Counted from the first letter of the stretch, positions 8,950 through 17,566 are shown. The stretch: DNA of 35,130 nucleotides from an uncultured Roseivirgaceae bacterium (GCA_964643525.1 CAZXTW010000002.1:3300-38429), one strand, 5' to 3'. Program-made: numbers and translations. The notes: generated by a model from the sequence alone, not told the origin.

Positions 8950-9108
8950 ATGAAAAAGCAACGTGTATTTCCGACATTCAATGCACTAAGTGCAATTCAA
9001 CAAAGTAAACTACGCGGCGGATGCCCTGATTGTGATACAGGCCCAGAAGCGCCAAACCCGCCTAATGATCCACCTACTACTGGTACGGATGATCCACCTA
9101 ATCAGTAA
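8950..9108 (+). CDS. Small unannotated ORF (52 aa): putative double-glycine-leader peptide precursor
   Basis: My translation is MKKQRVFPTFNALSAIQQSKLRGG|CPDCDTGPEAPNPPNDPPTTGTDDPPNQ*. 'LSAIQQSKLRGG' fits the LSxxELxxIxGG double-glycine leader pattern. Local G+C (34/60 for 9001-9060) stands out from the AT-rich surroundings. It is below the 60-aa ORF-track cutoff. Confidence 0.55.
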   Translation: MKKQRVFPTFNALSAIQQSKLRGGCPDCDTGPEAPNPPNDPPTTGTDDPPNQ

Positions 9109-9210
9109 GATGTAAGCAAACCAATCAATATAGTGTTAGAATAATATTTTAATAACAGCAAGTCGGTATTATTGATATCTTTGTTAATGTAACATGATAG
9201 TTTACAGTAT

Positions 9211-10476
9211 ATGAAGAATCTTACACCTATTTACTTGCTGTTATTTTTTCTCGTTGCTTGTCAAAAACATCCATCAAGAAATATAAACCCTGCACAAGAT
9301 GTTTTAAACCTTCTAGAAGCATCTAAATCACAGCTTACCCAAACTGATTCAGCTCTTAATTTAATAATTAAGGCACAAGAAATAGCCCATAAGCATGGGC
9401 TAACTCAATATAGGGCTAGCATCCTTAACCAAAAAGGGCGTGTATATGTAGAAAAAAACCTATTGCTAGAGGCGCTTGAATGCCATTTATCAGTCATTAT
9501 GTCTACACAAAAAGCCAATGAGGTGGCCTATGCCAACCACCAATTAGGCGTATTGTATACAAGAATGAAACAATATGACAGGGCAATTAACCACTTGCAG
9601 GGTGCCTTGAAGTATTACACAAAAGCCAATAAAAATAACTGGCTGGTATTAAGCCACTTTCGGTTAGGTAAAGCTTATTTACTTAAGCAAGAATTCCCTC
9701 AAGCAGAAAACAGCTTTCAAGCTTCATTGCGGTATGCAGAAAAGTCTGGTTATGACCTTATGATTCAGTATAACTTAGATAGGCTGGCTGAAGTGTGTAG
9801 TACAACCGGCAGGTTTATTGAAGCAAAATCGTATATAAAAGCCATGCGAGAACGCTTTCAGTTAGAAAACCCTCCTGCATTGATAAGCTACCTTTTACTG
9901 TTGGGCAATACCGCAGAAGAGCTGGCACAACCAAAAGAAGCCGCACAATACTACGACCAGGCGGCCGCCGTTATTCGGCAACACCCTGATAACCATCTGT
10001 ATCTCTACGGCATGTATACTTATGGCAACTATCTGCAAAGGCACCAGAAAGATGGCATTACCATTTGGAAAGAAGCATTGAACAATTATCAGGTTGATGA
10101 ATCTAAATACACTGCTGAGCTAGTTGCTCTCTCACAAGCCTTGGGTAATTGGTATATGAATAGACAGCAGCTGCATGATGCAGCCCCATTCATTCAACTC
10201 TCCAATCGCCTACAGAGTGAACGAGTAGCCTTACTCTCTAATATGGAAACCCAATACAACCTGGCGCAGATAGAACAAGTGCAAAAGCAAGTAGCAGCGC
10301 AATATGCTCCATCACCTTCATTTTGGCAAAATTATGGTATGTATATAGTTGTGGCTATTTTAATACTATACGGTATAGTTTTATCAGTAGCCTACCGTAA
10401 CAGATATGTTAAGCTACAGACTTACAGAAAGTTGGTAATGCAGCTCATCAAACCTCATGTTGAAGAAGGTAGATAA
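9211..10476 (+). CDS. TPR-repeat lipoprotein/membrane protein with a single C-terminal TM helix (sensor-like, no output domain)
   Basis: It has a lipoprotein-type signal 'LLLFFLVAC' and multiple TPR-like helical repeats (e.g. 'YANHQLGVLYTRMKQYDRAINHLQGALKYY'). The C-terminal TM helix is 'YGMYIVVAILILYGIVLSVAY', followed by a 27-aa tail. A candidate Bacteroidetes -7 box, TATCTTTG, lies at 9176-9183. Confidence 0.7.
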   Translation: MKNLTPIYLLLFFLVACQKHPSRNINPAQDVLNLLEASKSQLTQTDSALNLIIKAQEIAHKHGLTQYRASILNQKGRVYVEKNLLLEALECHLSVIMSTQKANEVAYANHQLGVLYTRMKQYDRAINHLQGALKYYTKANKNNWLVLSHFRLGKAYLLKQEFPQAENSFQASLRYAEKSGYDLMIQYNLDRLAEVCSTTGRFIEAKSYIKAMRERFQLENPPALISYLLLLGNTAEELAQPKEAAQYYDQAAAVIRQHPDNHLYLYGMYTYGNYLQRHQKDGITIWKEALNNYQVDESKYTAELVALSQALGNWYMNRQQLHDAAPFIQLSNRLQSERVALLSNMETQYNLAQIEQVQKQVAAQYAPSPSFWQNYGMYIVVAILILYGIVLSVAYRNRYVKLQTYRKLVMQLIKPHVEEGR

Positions 10477-10481
10477 TTTAC

Positions 10482-11150
10482 CTATTCCTCATTAAATGCT
10501 TCAATACCATTTATGATTATAGGGCTTGGGTGTATACCTTTTGCTAGTTGAGCATCGTCTACTGGCGGGAGCATAGTAACTTGAAATGGAATTACACCAG
10601 CCCATACATTTAATTCGTAATCAGCTGCATCGTCAGATGGGTGCCCGGTGCGTTCTTTTGCTGAGGCATGTTCAATATCAATAGCCACTACCAGAGTAGC
10701 CTTCATTTCGGCCTCATTTGGCTGCCGTACCTCGTCCCACCTGCCTTGAAACACATTGTCACTAATTGCCCTTACAGCATTATACTTTTCCTGGCCCTCA
10801 TTAACAATGCGTGTTGCACCAAATACAGCTACCGAGCGGTAATTCATAGAATGGTGAAAAATAGACCGGGCCATAACCAAGCCGTCAGTATGTGTAACTG
10901 TTAAACTACCCTGGCCGGCCTCTACCAAGCTTGTAAGCATACGGTTTTTCAACGCACCGTGTAAATAAACAGTTTCTTCAATACGCCCATAAGCAGTAGG
11001 TATTATCACGGCCTGCCCCCGCCAAACATAGCCAACATGACAAAGAAAATGAGTGTCTAATATTGTAAAAACCTTTTGCTTATCATAACTACCTCGGTTT
11101 GGCGCGCGTTTAACCCGGTTTAAATCAGTTACATTAAATGACTGTTCCAT
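10482..11150 (-). CDS. Pyridoxamine 5'-phosphate oxidase-family (FMN-binding split-barrel) protein
   Basis: The track ORF is 10482..11180; I prefer the ATG at 11150 (MEQSFNVTDLNRVKRAPNRGSYD...). The N-terminal 'RxxxRGxYD' motif and overall size are typical of PNPOx-like flavin-binding proteins. It is divergent from a MocR regulator. Confidence 0.65.
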   Translation of the reverse strand: MEQSFNVTDLNRVKRAPNRGSYDKQKVFTILDTHFLCHVGYVWRGQAVIIPTAYGRIEETVYLHGALKNRMLTSLVEAGQGSLTVTHTDGLVMARSIFHHSMNYRSVAVFGATRIVNEGQEKYNAVRAISDNVFQGRWDEVRQPNEAEMKATLVVAIDIEHASAKERTGHPSDDAADYELNVWAGVIPFQVTMLPPVDDAQLAKGIHPSPIIINGIEAFNEE

Positions 11151-11261
11151 ATTTGAAATCTTTAATGCAAATAAATACATTTACAGGACTACCTAAAGCA
11201 GCCAGTTTTATTAAACTCAGTAGTCCGGTTACGACTTGGCTAACCCTCAGAACCACACAAA

Positions 11262-12749
11262 ATGTTACCCTTTGGCACCTTAATTCAAATTGACCGGGCC
11301 AACAAACAGCCCTTGTTTATGCAAATTGTAAATGCTGTAATTAGGCAGGTACAAACGGGCAACCTACCACCAGGTACGCAATTGCCGGGTACCCGCCAAT
11401 TGGCTGTGTTGTTACAGGTGCATCGTAAAACTGTGGTAACTGCTTATGATGAGTTATATGCTCAGGGGTGGCTAGAATGCCAACCCTCAAAAGGTACGTA
11501 TGTATCAACACAGTTACCTACTGTAGATAAAAAGGTGCTAAAGCCAGCCAAACAGTATGGCTCAATAAACCGAGCCTCTTTTCTTATAAATGACTTACCT
11601 GAGCTTGATCAGCCTCTTTATAAAGATGCCAACCAGCTACAAATTGATGATGGTATTCCAGATGTACGCCTGGCTCCTACTGAAGAATTGGCCCGCACCT
11701 ACCGATCAGTGCTTAAAACTGCCTCATCAAAACAATTGCTAAACTATGGCGAGCTTCACGGTCATCCAGTACTACGCCGGGAATTGGCCACCTACTTAAA
11801 TAGCACTAGGGGCTTAAGCATTACTGATGAGAACATAATGATTACTAGAGGCAGCCAAATGGGTATATTTCTTTGTGCTCAATTATTACTCAAAAATGGG
11901 CAGGCCGTTGCCGTAGGCAACACAAATTACATTGCTACAGATATTACGTTTCAACATGCAGGCGCTAGCCTGTTGCGAATTGAAGTAGATGAACATGGCC
12001 TTAATACTAAAGCGCTAGAACAAGTATGCGCAAAAAATAGACCAAAGGCTGTTTATGTAACGCCCCACCACCATCACCCTACAACCGTAACCTTAAGCGC
12101 CGAACGCAGACTTCATTTGCTTGAACTGGCGCGAAAGTATGGGTTTGCAATTATAGAAGATGACTATGACTTTGACTTCCATTACGGCAGAGGCCCCATT
12201 TTACCTCTAGCAAGTGCCGACCAGCAAGGGCATGTATTATACATTGGTTCTTTATGCAAACTAATTGCACCAGCTTTGCGCGTTGGTTATCTGGTGGCCC
12301 CAAAGAATGTAATTCACAAAGCAGCTATGTTAAGGCGAATTATTGACAGACAGGGCGACCACATTCTCGAATTAGCTTTGGCAAGAATGTTTAAAGAAGA
12401 CGCCATTCAACACCATACCAGAAAGGTTTTAAAAGTGTATAAAGAACGTCGTGACCTGTTTGTTCAATTAATTGACAATATTGGTAGCCAAAAAATACAG
12501 TTTAATATACCAAAGGGTGGCATGGCCCTTTGGGCACAATTTAACCAGCGCTACCCATTACCAGATGTGGCTAAAAGGGCCGCGCAAAAAGGGGTAATTA
12601 TGGCCGATGGAACGAGGTATGACTCGATGGGTAAAGGTTTGAATGCGTTGCGAATGGGCTTTGCTTCAATCAATAGGCAAGAAGCCACGCAAATTACTCA
12701 GGTGCTAAAGAGTGTACTAGACGAGATGGCGGGTAAGAAGACTATATAA
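11262..12749 (+). CDS. MocR/PdxR-type regulator (GntR wHTH fused to fold-type I aminotransferase-like domain)
   Basis: The N-terminal GntR HTH reads 'LPGTRQLAVLLQVHRKTVVTAYDELYAQGWL'. The C-terminal aminotransferase-like domain carries a candidate PLP lysine in 'IGSLCKLIAPALRVGY'. Confidence 0.85.
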   Translation: MLPFGTLIQIDRANKQPLFMQIVNAVIRQVQTGNLPPGTQLPGTRQLAVLLQVHRKTVVTAYDELYAQGWLECQPSKGTYVSTQLPTVDKKVLKPAKQYGSINRASFLINDLPELDQPLYKDANQLQIDDGIPDVRLAPTEELARTYRSVLKTASSKQLLNYGELHGHPVLRRELATYLNSTRGLSITDENIMITRGSQMGIFLCAQLLLKNGQAVAVGNTNYIATDITFQHAGASLLRIEVDEHGLNTKALEQVCAKNRPKAVYVTPHHHHPTTVTLSAERRLHLLELARKYGFAIIEDDYDFDFHYGRGPILPLASADQQGHVLYIGSLCKLIAPALRVGYLVAPKNVIHKAAMLRRIIDRQGDHILELALARMFKEDAIQHHTRKVLKVYKERRDLFVQLIDNIGSQKIQFNIPKGGMALWAQFNQRYPLPDVAKRAAQKGVIMADGTRYDSMGKGLNALRMGFASINRQEATQITQVLKSVLDEMAGKKTI

Positions 12750-12761
12750 ATGAATCAACTA

Positions 12762-13604
12762 TTAATAAAATGCCAGCTCTTTTTTACTTCGCTTTAACAA
12801 TTTGTATAGCGGCTCTCTTACCTTTGTCTCTAATTGGCGCAATTCTAAGCGTACCTGCTCTAATAAAATAGTATAAGGAGCTGGTACCTTTCCTTCACTA
12901 AAGTTGCTGCTCACAAAATTTTCTATAAACTGAAGCAATACCACCCTGTCATGCCAATTGCCCAACTTTCCTTCAAGCTTTTTAATTCGCTTATTAGTGT
13001 ATTGATCAGGCATATCTATTCTGCAAAACTTTAAAAAATCAACTATGTAATGAATCTCTTTAAGCTCCGTTCTTACTTCGTGCAACTGGGCAGGGTACTC
13101 TATACCACTAAGTAACTTTTTAACCCGCTGTAGTTTTTTGAGTATCAGTTTTTGGCCCTTATGTGCAAGCTCCGTTTTAGTGAATAACGTGTTTTCTTTA
13201 ACCTTCTTGAGCAAGCCTTTTAATGAGGCTTCACGGTACTGAACCATACCATCTACAAACGTTTCACGAGTTCGTAGTTCTCGCTCTTTCAGATGCTTTT
13301 GATAGGCAGCTATGTTTAGCGACAAATCTTTCGCGTACCGCCGGGCAAGCTGCTGTTGAACCTGCAAATCTCTAAGCACTGCTGCCGACTTGAACAAACG
13401 GCGAAACACTAAAAAATCATTTTGAAAGTTAAACCTTTCAGGGCGCAATGCACTGATAAATTGTAGGTGCGCCTTTAAGCGTTTTATACCCAAACGAACT
13501 TCATGAATGGCTTCAACATCAAACCTTGTGGCTGCGGTTTGCAGGTTGTCATCAATCATATTTTTATACCCCTGAAAAACCTTATGTGTGCTTTTTTTGG
13601 CCAT
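12762..13604 (-). CDS. CHAD domain-containing protein
   Basis: The track ORF is 12762..13622 (TTG start); I prefer the ATG at 13604. The protein is all-helical with CHAD-type conserved His/Arg motifs ('IHEVRLGIKRLKAHLQF', 'LHEVRTELKEIHY', 'GNWHD'). Confidence 0.7.
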   Translation of the reverse strand: MAKKSTHKVFQGYKNMIDDNLQTAATRFDVEAIHEVRLGIKRLKAHLQFISALRPERFNFQNDFLVFRRLFKSAAVLRDLQVQQQLARRYAKDLSLNIAAYQKHLKERELRTRETFVDGMVQYREASLKGLLKKVKENTLFTKTELAHKGQKLILKKLQRVKKLLSGIEYPAQLHEVRTELKEIHYIVDFLKFCRIDMPDQYTNKRIKKLEGKLGNWHDRVVLLQFIENFVSSNFSEGKVPAPYTILLEQVRLELRQLETKVREPLYKLLKRSKKELAFY

Positions 13605-13878
13605 TGGTATAGGCAGAAACAAGAAACTTAACAGTTACTTAACAATTTGATTACAATTATAGCAATGTAATAGGCAAGTAGCAAACATGAAATTAACTTG
13701 AAGACAGAACTAATCAACATCTATAACTATGAAAAATAGCAATTTAACTATCATATTACCTTCTCTAATTGCAGCAAAAACAATAGCAGTTTCTTTATGA
13801 GTAAGTTAGCTAAACAAGCCATTAAATTAAATTCTAAAGAATAACAGCCCGTGACTTTTTTACTTACCAGATAACAAC

Positions 13879-13904
13879 AAAAAAAGCCGGAATAAATTTC
13901 CAGC
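13879..13904 (-). terminator. Weak rho-independent terminator downstream of the T9SS-cargo gene
   Basis: On the minus strand, GCTGGA-AATTTA-TCCGGC forms a 6-bp stem with one G-U pair, followed by T7 (A7 at 13879-13885 on the plus strand). Confidence 0.4.
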
Positions 13905-13951
13905 CCTTTTGAAATAGTACGAATACACCTAAATATGATTTTTTCTTTCTC

Positions 13952-14881
13952 TTACTCTTCTTTGATTACCCTAATGGTTTCTCGTCCGGCAGGGGTCATT
14001 ATTTCATAAAAGTAGGTACCAGCCTGCAATCCATCTAAATCTACTTCAATTTCATACTGGCCAGGCTTCTCTACTTTATTGACAATTTCCTTTACATGGT
14101 TGCCTTGCCCATCAATTAAAACAATGGTAACTATACCTTTTTCTGTTAACCCATAGGTTAATTTGTTTCCATTGGTGTAAGTGGGGTTGGGGTATACTTT
14201 GGCTTGGCCGCCCGCCAAATCATCATCAGGAAACGGCAAAGGTTTATTAGGGTCAAGCAACACAAAGCCTACAGGTTCAATATTACCCAGCATAAACTTT
14301 AAGCCTCTCGGTCCCCTGGCACCAAACCGCCCGTTGTGCCCATGGTTCATCCTTTCACTATGTTTAGAACGTTCTGGTGCATCTTCAGGGCGGTGCTCTT
14401 CCATAATCCCTCGAATATCTTCACGCCACTGCTCCTTCAGGTCAGCCATGCCATCTAACAAGGCATATACAGTGGTTTCATGCGCATCAACAATTTCCCA
14501 GGCCTGTTGCTTTAACTGCCGCACTTTTTTCATATTTTCTCTGCGTTGTTGCTTTTCCTCTTCGGTGGGCTCACGTCGTTGCTCAGAAGGCCCGCTTTCA
14601 AACCTGGTTCTGTTAGCCCTGAACTCATCATGCATTACTTTTAGTTCGCCCCTAATGGCCTCCAACTGGGCCTGTTCATCTGGGCTTAGTTCTGAATCTA
14701 GCTTGGCACGCTCAGCACTTACCATTGGCCACACATTTGTTTCAATGTAGGCACGTACAGCTTTTCTAGCCTCCGGGTTTTTATGGCTGTTTTTTGGGCC
14801 GCCAGGTTGTGCAATTGCTGCAGCCCCTGATATTACTGCTACTGCAAACAATGCAATCATTGAAATCCTCTTTTTCATCAT
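13952..14881 (-). CDS. Secreted protein with T9SS C-terminal sorting domain; charged helical N-terminal passenger
   Basis: It has a signal peptide 'MIALFAVAVISGAAAIAQ'. The C-terminal ~80 aa ('KVYPNPTYTNGNKLTYGL...GTYFYEIMTPAGRETIRVI') match the Por/T9SS CTD pattern. The passenger is rich in E/R/K/Q helices. Confidence 0.75.
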   Translation of the reverse strand: MMKKRISMIALFAVAVISGAAAIAQPGGPKNSHKNPEARKAVRAYIETNVWPMVSAERAKLDSELSPDEQAQLEAIRGELKVMHDEFRANRTRFESGPSEQRREPTEEEKQQRRENMKKVRQLKQQAWEIVDAHETTVYALLDGMADLKEQWREDIRGIMEEHRPEDAPERSKHSERMNHGHNGRFGARGPRGLKFMLGNIEPVGFVLLDPNKPLPFPDDDLAGGQAKVYPNPTYTNGNKLTYGLTEKGIVTIVLIDGQGNHVKEIVNKVEKPGQYEIEVDLDGLQAGTYFYEIMTPAGRETIRVIKEE

Positions 14882-15182
14882 TACCGTGTTTTTACTTTCT
14901 CTGAAATCTTTTGTTTTCTTGCCAACTGATACGCCAAATATGGCCGTTCAGATGCCTCTACAAAAATCAATTCAACCAACAACAGGTTTACTTAAACAAA
15001 AGACTAAATACCCTACTACCAAAACCAATAGTTACAGTACTAACCTGTTGGTAGATGTCCATAATACGTTGGTAGGCAGGTATGACCCTCTGGTTGAAAT
15101 TTTTGATGCAACTCGTTAAAAAGCCTACTTTTAACGTTCACTATAGGCAGTACCCGAAACTCACAAACAACATCTATCAATT

Positions 15183-16304
15183 GTGTCTAAACCATTTCCT
15201 ATATCATTCAAAACTATATTGCCCGCCAGGTCGGTATCACATTTAATATTCTGGGCGGGTTATTACCTGGTTATAGTTTTTGTACTGGCCAATAGGCTTC
15301 AAACCGCACTGGCCCTATGGTATGGCTTTTTACTCATCTCACCTCAAATCATTATAGCCTACATCAACATGCAATGGCTGGTACCTCAGTACTTCATGCA
15401 AAAGCGGTTTCTTCATTTTGCGGTATCAGTAATAGTCTTATTTACACTATTATACTTTACTTATGAGGCTATTGGCCTTAACAGGCCCTTTCTATACAGC
15501 AGAGCTGACTTCAGAGAGTTTAGAGAATTAAAAGAGTTTGGGGGGGGCAACTTTGGCCCCAGGCGTGGCATTCCTTTTGGCGGCAACTTTCCCAGGCCTC
15601 CCCATTTCATCAAATCGGCTGTAAACCTCATGCTTACCCTCGGTGTGTTTCTACTTTCAACAGCTTATAAAGCCTCGCTTATAGCAATGAACAACGAGAA
15701 AGAAGCACAACGGCTAAAAAGTGAAGGCCTAGAGTCAGAACTACGTTTTTTAAAGTCGCAAATAAACCCGCACTTCCTGTTTAATGCACTCAATAATGTG
15801 TATAGCCTGTCTCTCATCCAATCTGAAAAAACACCAGATACCATCCTAAAGCTGTCTGAAATGCTCAGGTACATTTTGTATGACTGCAATCAGGAAAAAG
15901 TACCCCTCAACAAAGAACTAGCCTTTATTCGTAATTACGTTGACTTGATGAAACTCAAAGACGACCAGATACAAAACATTAAACTAACCTTACCCATAGT
16001 TTCAAGTAGCGATATGATTGAACCTATGCTATTTGTACCTTTTGTTGAAAATGCCTTTAAACACAGCAAAATTGAAGACCTTGTTAACGGCTGGATCAAT
16101 ATTGAACTCACCCTTTCAAACCGGCAACTCATTTTTACAATTAAAAACAGTGTGCCAGAACTCAGCTATACAAAAGACAGCGTTGGTGGCATTGGACTGG
16201 AAAATGTGCGCCGCCGGTTGCAGCTACTCTACCCGCAAAGGCATGAGCTATTCATTGACAAAACAGAACAGCAGTTTACAGCACAACTAAGCATACTACT
16301 ATGA
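15183..16304 (+). CDS. LytS/YehU-family sensor histidine kinase
   Basis: It has a GTG start and N-terminal TM helices. The His_kinase (PF06580-type) motif is 'LKSQINPHFLFNALNNVYSL' and the ATPase region is 'VPFVENAFKHS...GIGLENVRRRL'. Its stop overlaps the response-regulator start (ATGA at 16301-16304). Confidence 0.85.
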   Translation: MSKPFPISFKTILPARSVSHLIFWAGYYLVIVFVLANRLQTALALWYGFLLISPQIIIAYINMQWLVPQYFMQKRFLHFAVSVIVLFTLLYFTYEAIGLNRPFLYSRADFREFRELKEFGGGNFGPRRGIPFGGNFPRPPHFIKSAVNLMLTLGVFLLSTAYKASLIAMNNEKEAQRLKSEGLESELRFLKSQINPHFLFNALNNVYSLSLIQSEKTPDTILKLSEMLRYILYDCNQEKVPLNKELAFIRNYVDLMKLKDDQIQNIKLTLPIVSSSDMIEPMLFVPFVENAFKHSKIEDLVNGWINIELTLSNRQLIFTIKNSVPELSYTKDSVGGIGLENVRRRLQLLYPQRHELFIDKTEQQFTAQLSILL

Positions 16305-17041
16305 GTAAAATAAACTGCCTTATTGTTGACGACGAGCAGCTGGCCCGTACACTGCTAGAAAACTTTGTTGCTAAAGTACCAGTATTAGAGGTAGCAGGAC
16401 TTTGTAAAAACCCGTTAGAAGCACTAGGTATCTTGCAGCAGCAACCTGTTGAATTGATTTACCTTGATATACAAATGCCAGAACTCACGGGTACTGAATT
16501 TTTGAAAACATTACCTCAGACACCCAAAGTCATTTTTACTACTGCCTATCCTGACTATGCCCTTGAAGGGTATACACTCAATGCCATTGACTACCTTTTG
16601 AAGCCTTTCTCTTTCGAGCGATTCATTCAGGCTACCAATAAAGCAATTGGCCTGGTTCAGCTTGAACGGGCAGCCAGTTTAAATTCAAATGCAGTCCCGC
16701 AGGCAAATACAGTTAACAAGCAATCCAACCCCTACATCACCCTAAAAGCCGACCACAAAATGCATAAGGTTTGGCTAAAAGACATACTCTACATAGAAGG
16801 CATGAAAGAGTATGTGGCATTCCACCTACCCAACCAGCGAATTATAGTGTTAGAATCGCTCAAAAACCTGGAGGCTTCGTTACCAAATGGCCAGTTCATG
16901 CGCATTCATAAATCATTTATTGTGAATACGCTAAAAATTGAAATGTTAGAAGGCAACCTGGTTTATCTCGCAGGTAAGCAATTACCCATTGGTAAAAGCT
17001 ATCGTGAGGTAGTTCTAAAAAGTATTTTCGGAAAAGAATAA
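16301..17041 (+). CDS. LytTR-family response regulator
   Basis: The REC domain reads 'CLIVDDEQLAR...LIYLDIQMPELTG...LLKPF'. The C-terminal LytTR domain reads 'ILYIEGMKEYVAFH...MRIHKSFIVN'. Confidence 0.9.
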   Translation: MSKINCLIVDDEQLARTLLENFVAKVPVLEVAGLCKNPLEALGILQQQPVELIYLDIQMPELTGTEFLKTLPQTPKVIFTTAYPDYALEGYTLNAIDYLLKPFSFERFIQATNKAIGLVQLERAASLNSNAVPQANTVNKQSNPYITLKADHKMHKVWLKDILYIEGMKEYVAFHLPNQRIIVLESLKNLEASLPNGQFMRIHKSFIVNTLKIEMLEGNLVYLAGKQLPIGKSYREVVLKSIFGKE

Positions 17042-17253
17042 GGCCCCATAGGTACCTGACCTGCTTAGAACAAATCGCATTTTTAATCTATCTTTGAGTT
17101 TATCATTTTATTTATAACAAATTGTTAACTATTTGTAAGGCCTTTCTCTCAATAAAAACTTATCTATCAGCTTATTAAAAAAATAATCAATAGCAAGAGA
17201 TATCAAATTGAGGAGTGCCAACAGTGATTTAACAAAGCAGAAAATTAAAACCA

Positions 17254-17544
17254 ATGGTCGTCAGGATATTTAAAGCCACCGTAAAACCTGAACTTAAAAA
17301 AGATTTTGAAAACTTTTTTCGCTATGAGGCCATTCCATATATGCAGGTGCAAGAAGGAATAGTAAATGTAGTAACCGGAAAGCCAATTTCTCAGAATGAC
17401 AACGACTTTGTAATGGTTACTACCTGGGAAAACATAGACGCTGTAAGGAAATTTATGGATAACGAATGGAACAAAGATAAGCTGGTACGAGACGAAATGA
17501 ATATGTTAGAAAATACCCGAATTGAGCACTTTGAAGTGATCTAA
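17254..17544 (+). CDS. Small ABM/Dabb-fold (antibiotic biosynthesis monooxygenase-like) protein
   Basis: It is 96 aa with a ferredoxin-like beta-alpha-beta pattern ('VRIFKATVKPE...FVMVTTWENIDAVRKF'). The assignment rests on size and pattern only. Confidence 0.5.
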   Translation: MVVRIFKATVKPELKKDFENFFRYEAIPYMQVQEGIVNVVTGKPISQNDNDFVMVTTWENIDAVRKFMDNEWNKDKLVRDEMNMLENTRIEHFEVI

Positions 17545-17566
17545 CCCTACTAATACTTCAAACCAA

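Noticed and set aside
14886-15119. 77-aa plus-strand ORF in the divergent promoter region between the T9SS cargo and the LytS kinase
   Set aside because: It has a non-ATG start, its composition looks like translated AT-rich promoter DNA (T/K/N/L-rich), and it shows no signal peptide or motif. It would occupy the whole shared regulatory region.
17115-17127. 13-bp palindrome TAACAA-A-TTGTTA upstream of the ABM-like gene
   Set aside because: Its short AT-only arms sit in an AT-rich 212-bp spacer, so the chance expectation is not negligible, and no second copy is seen.
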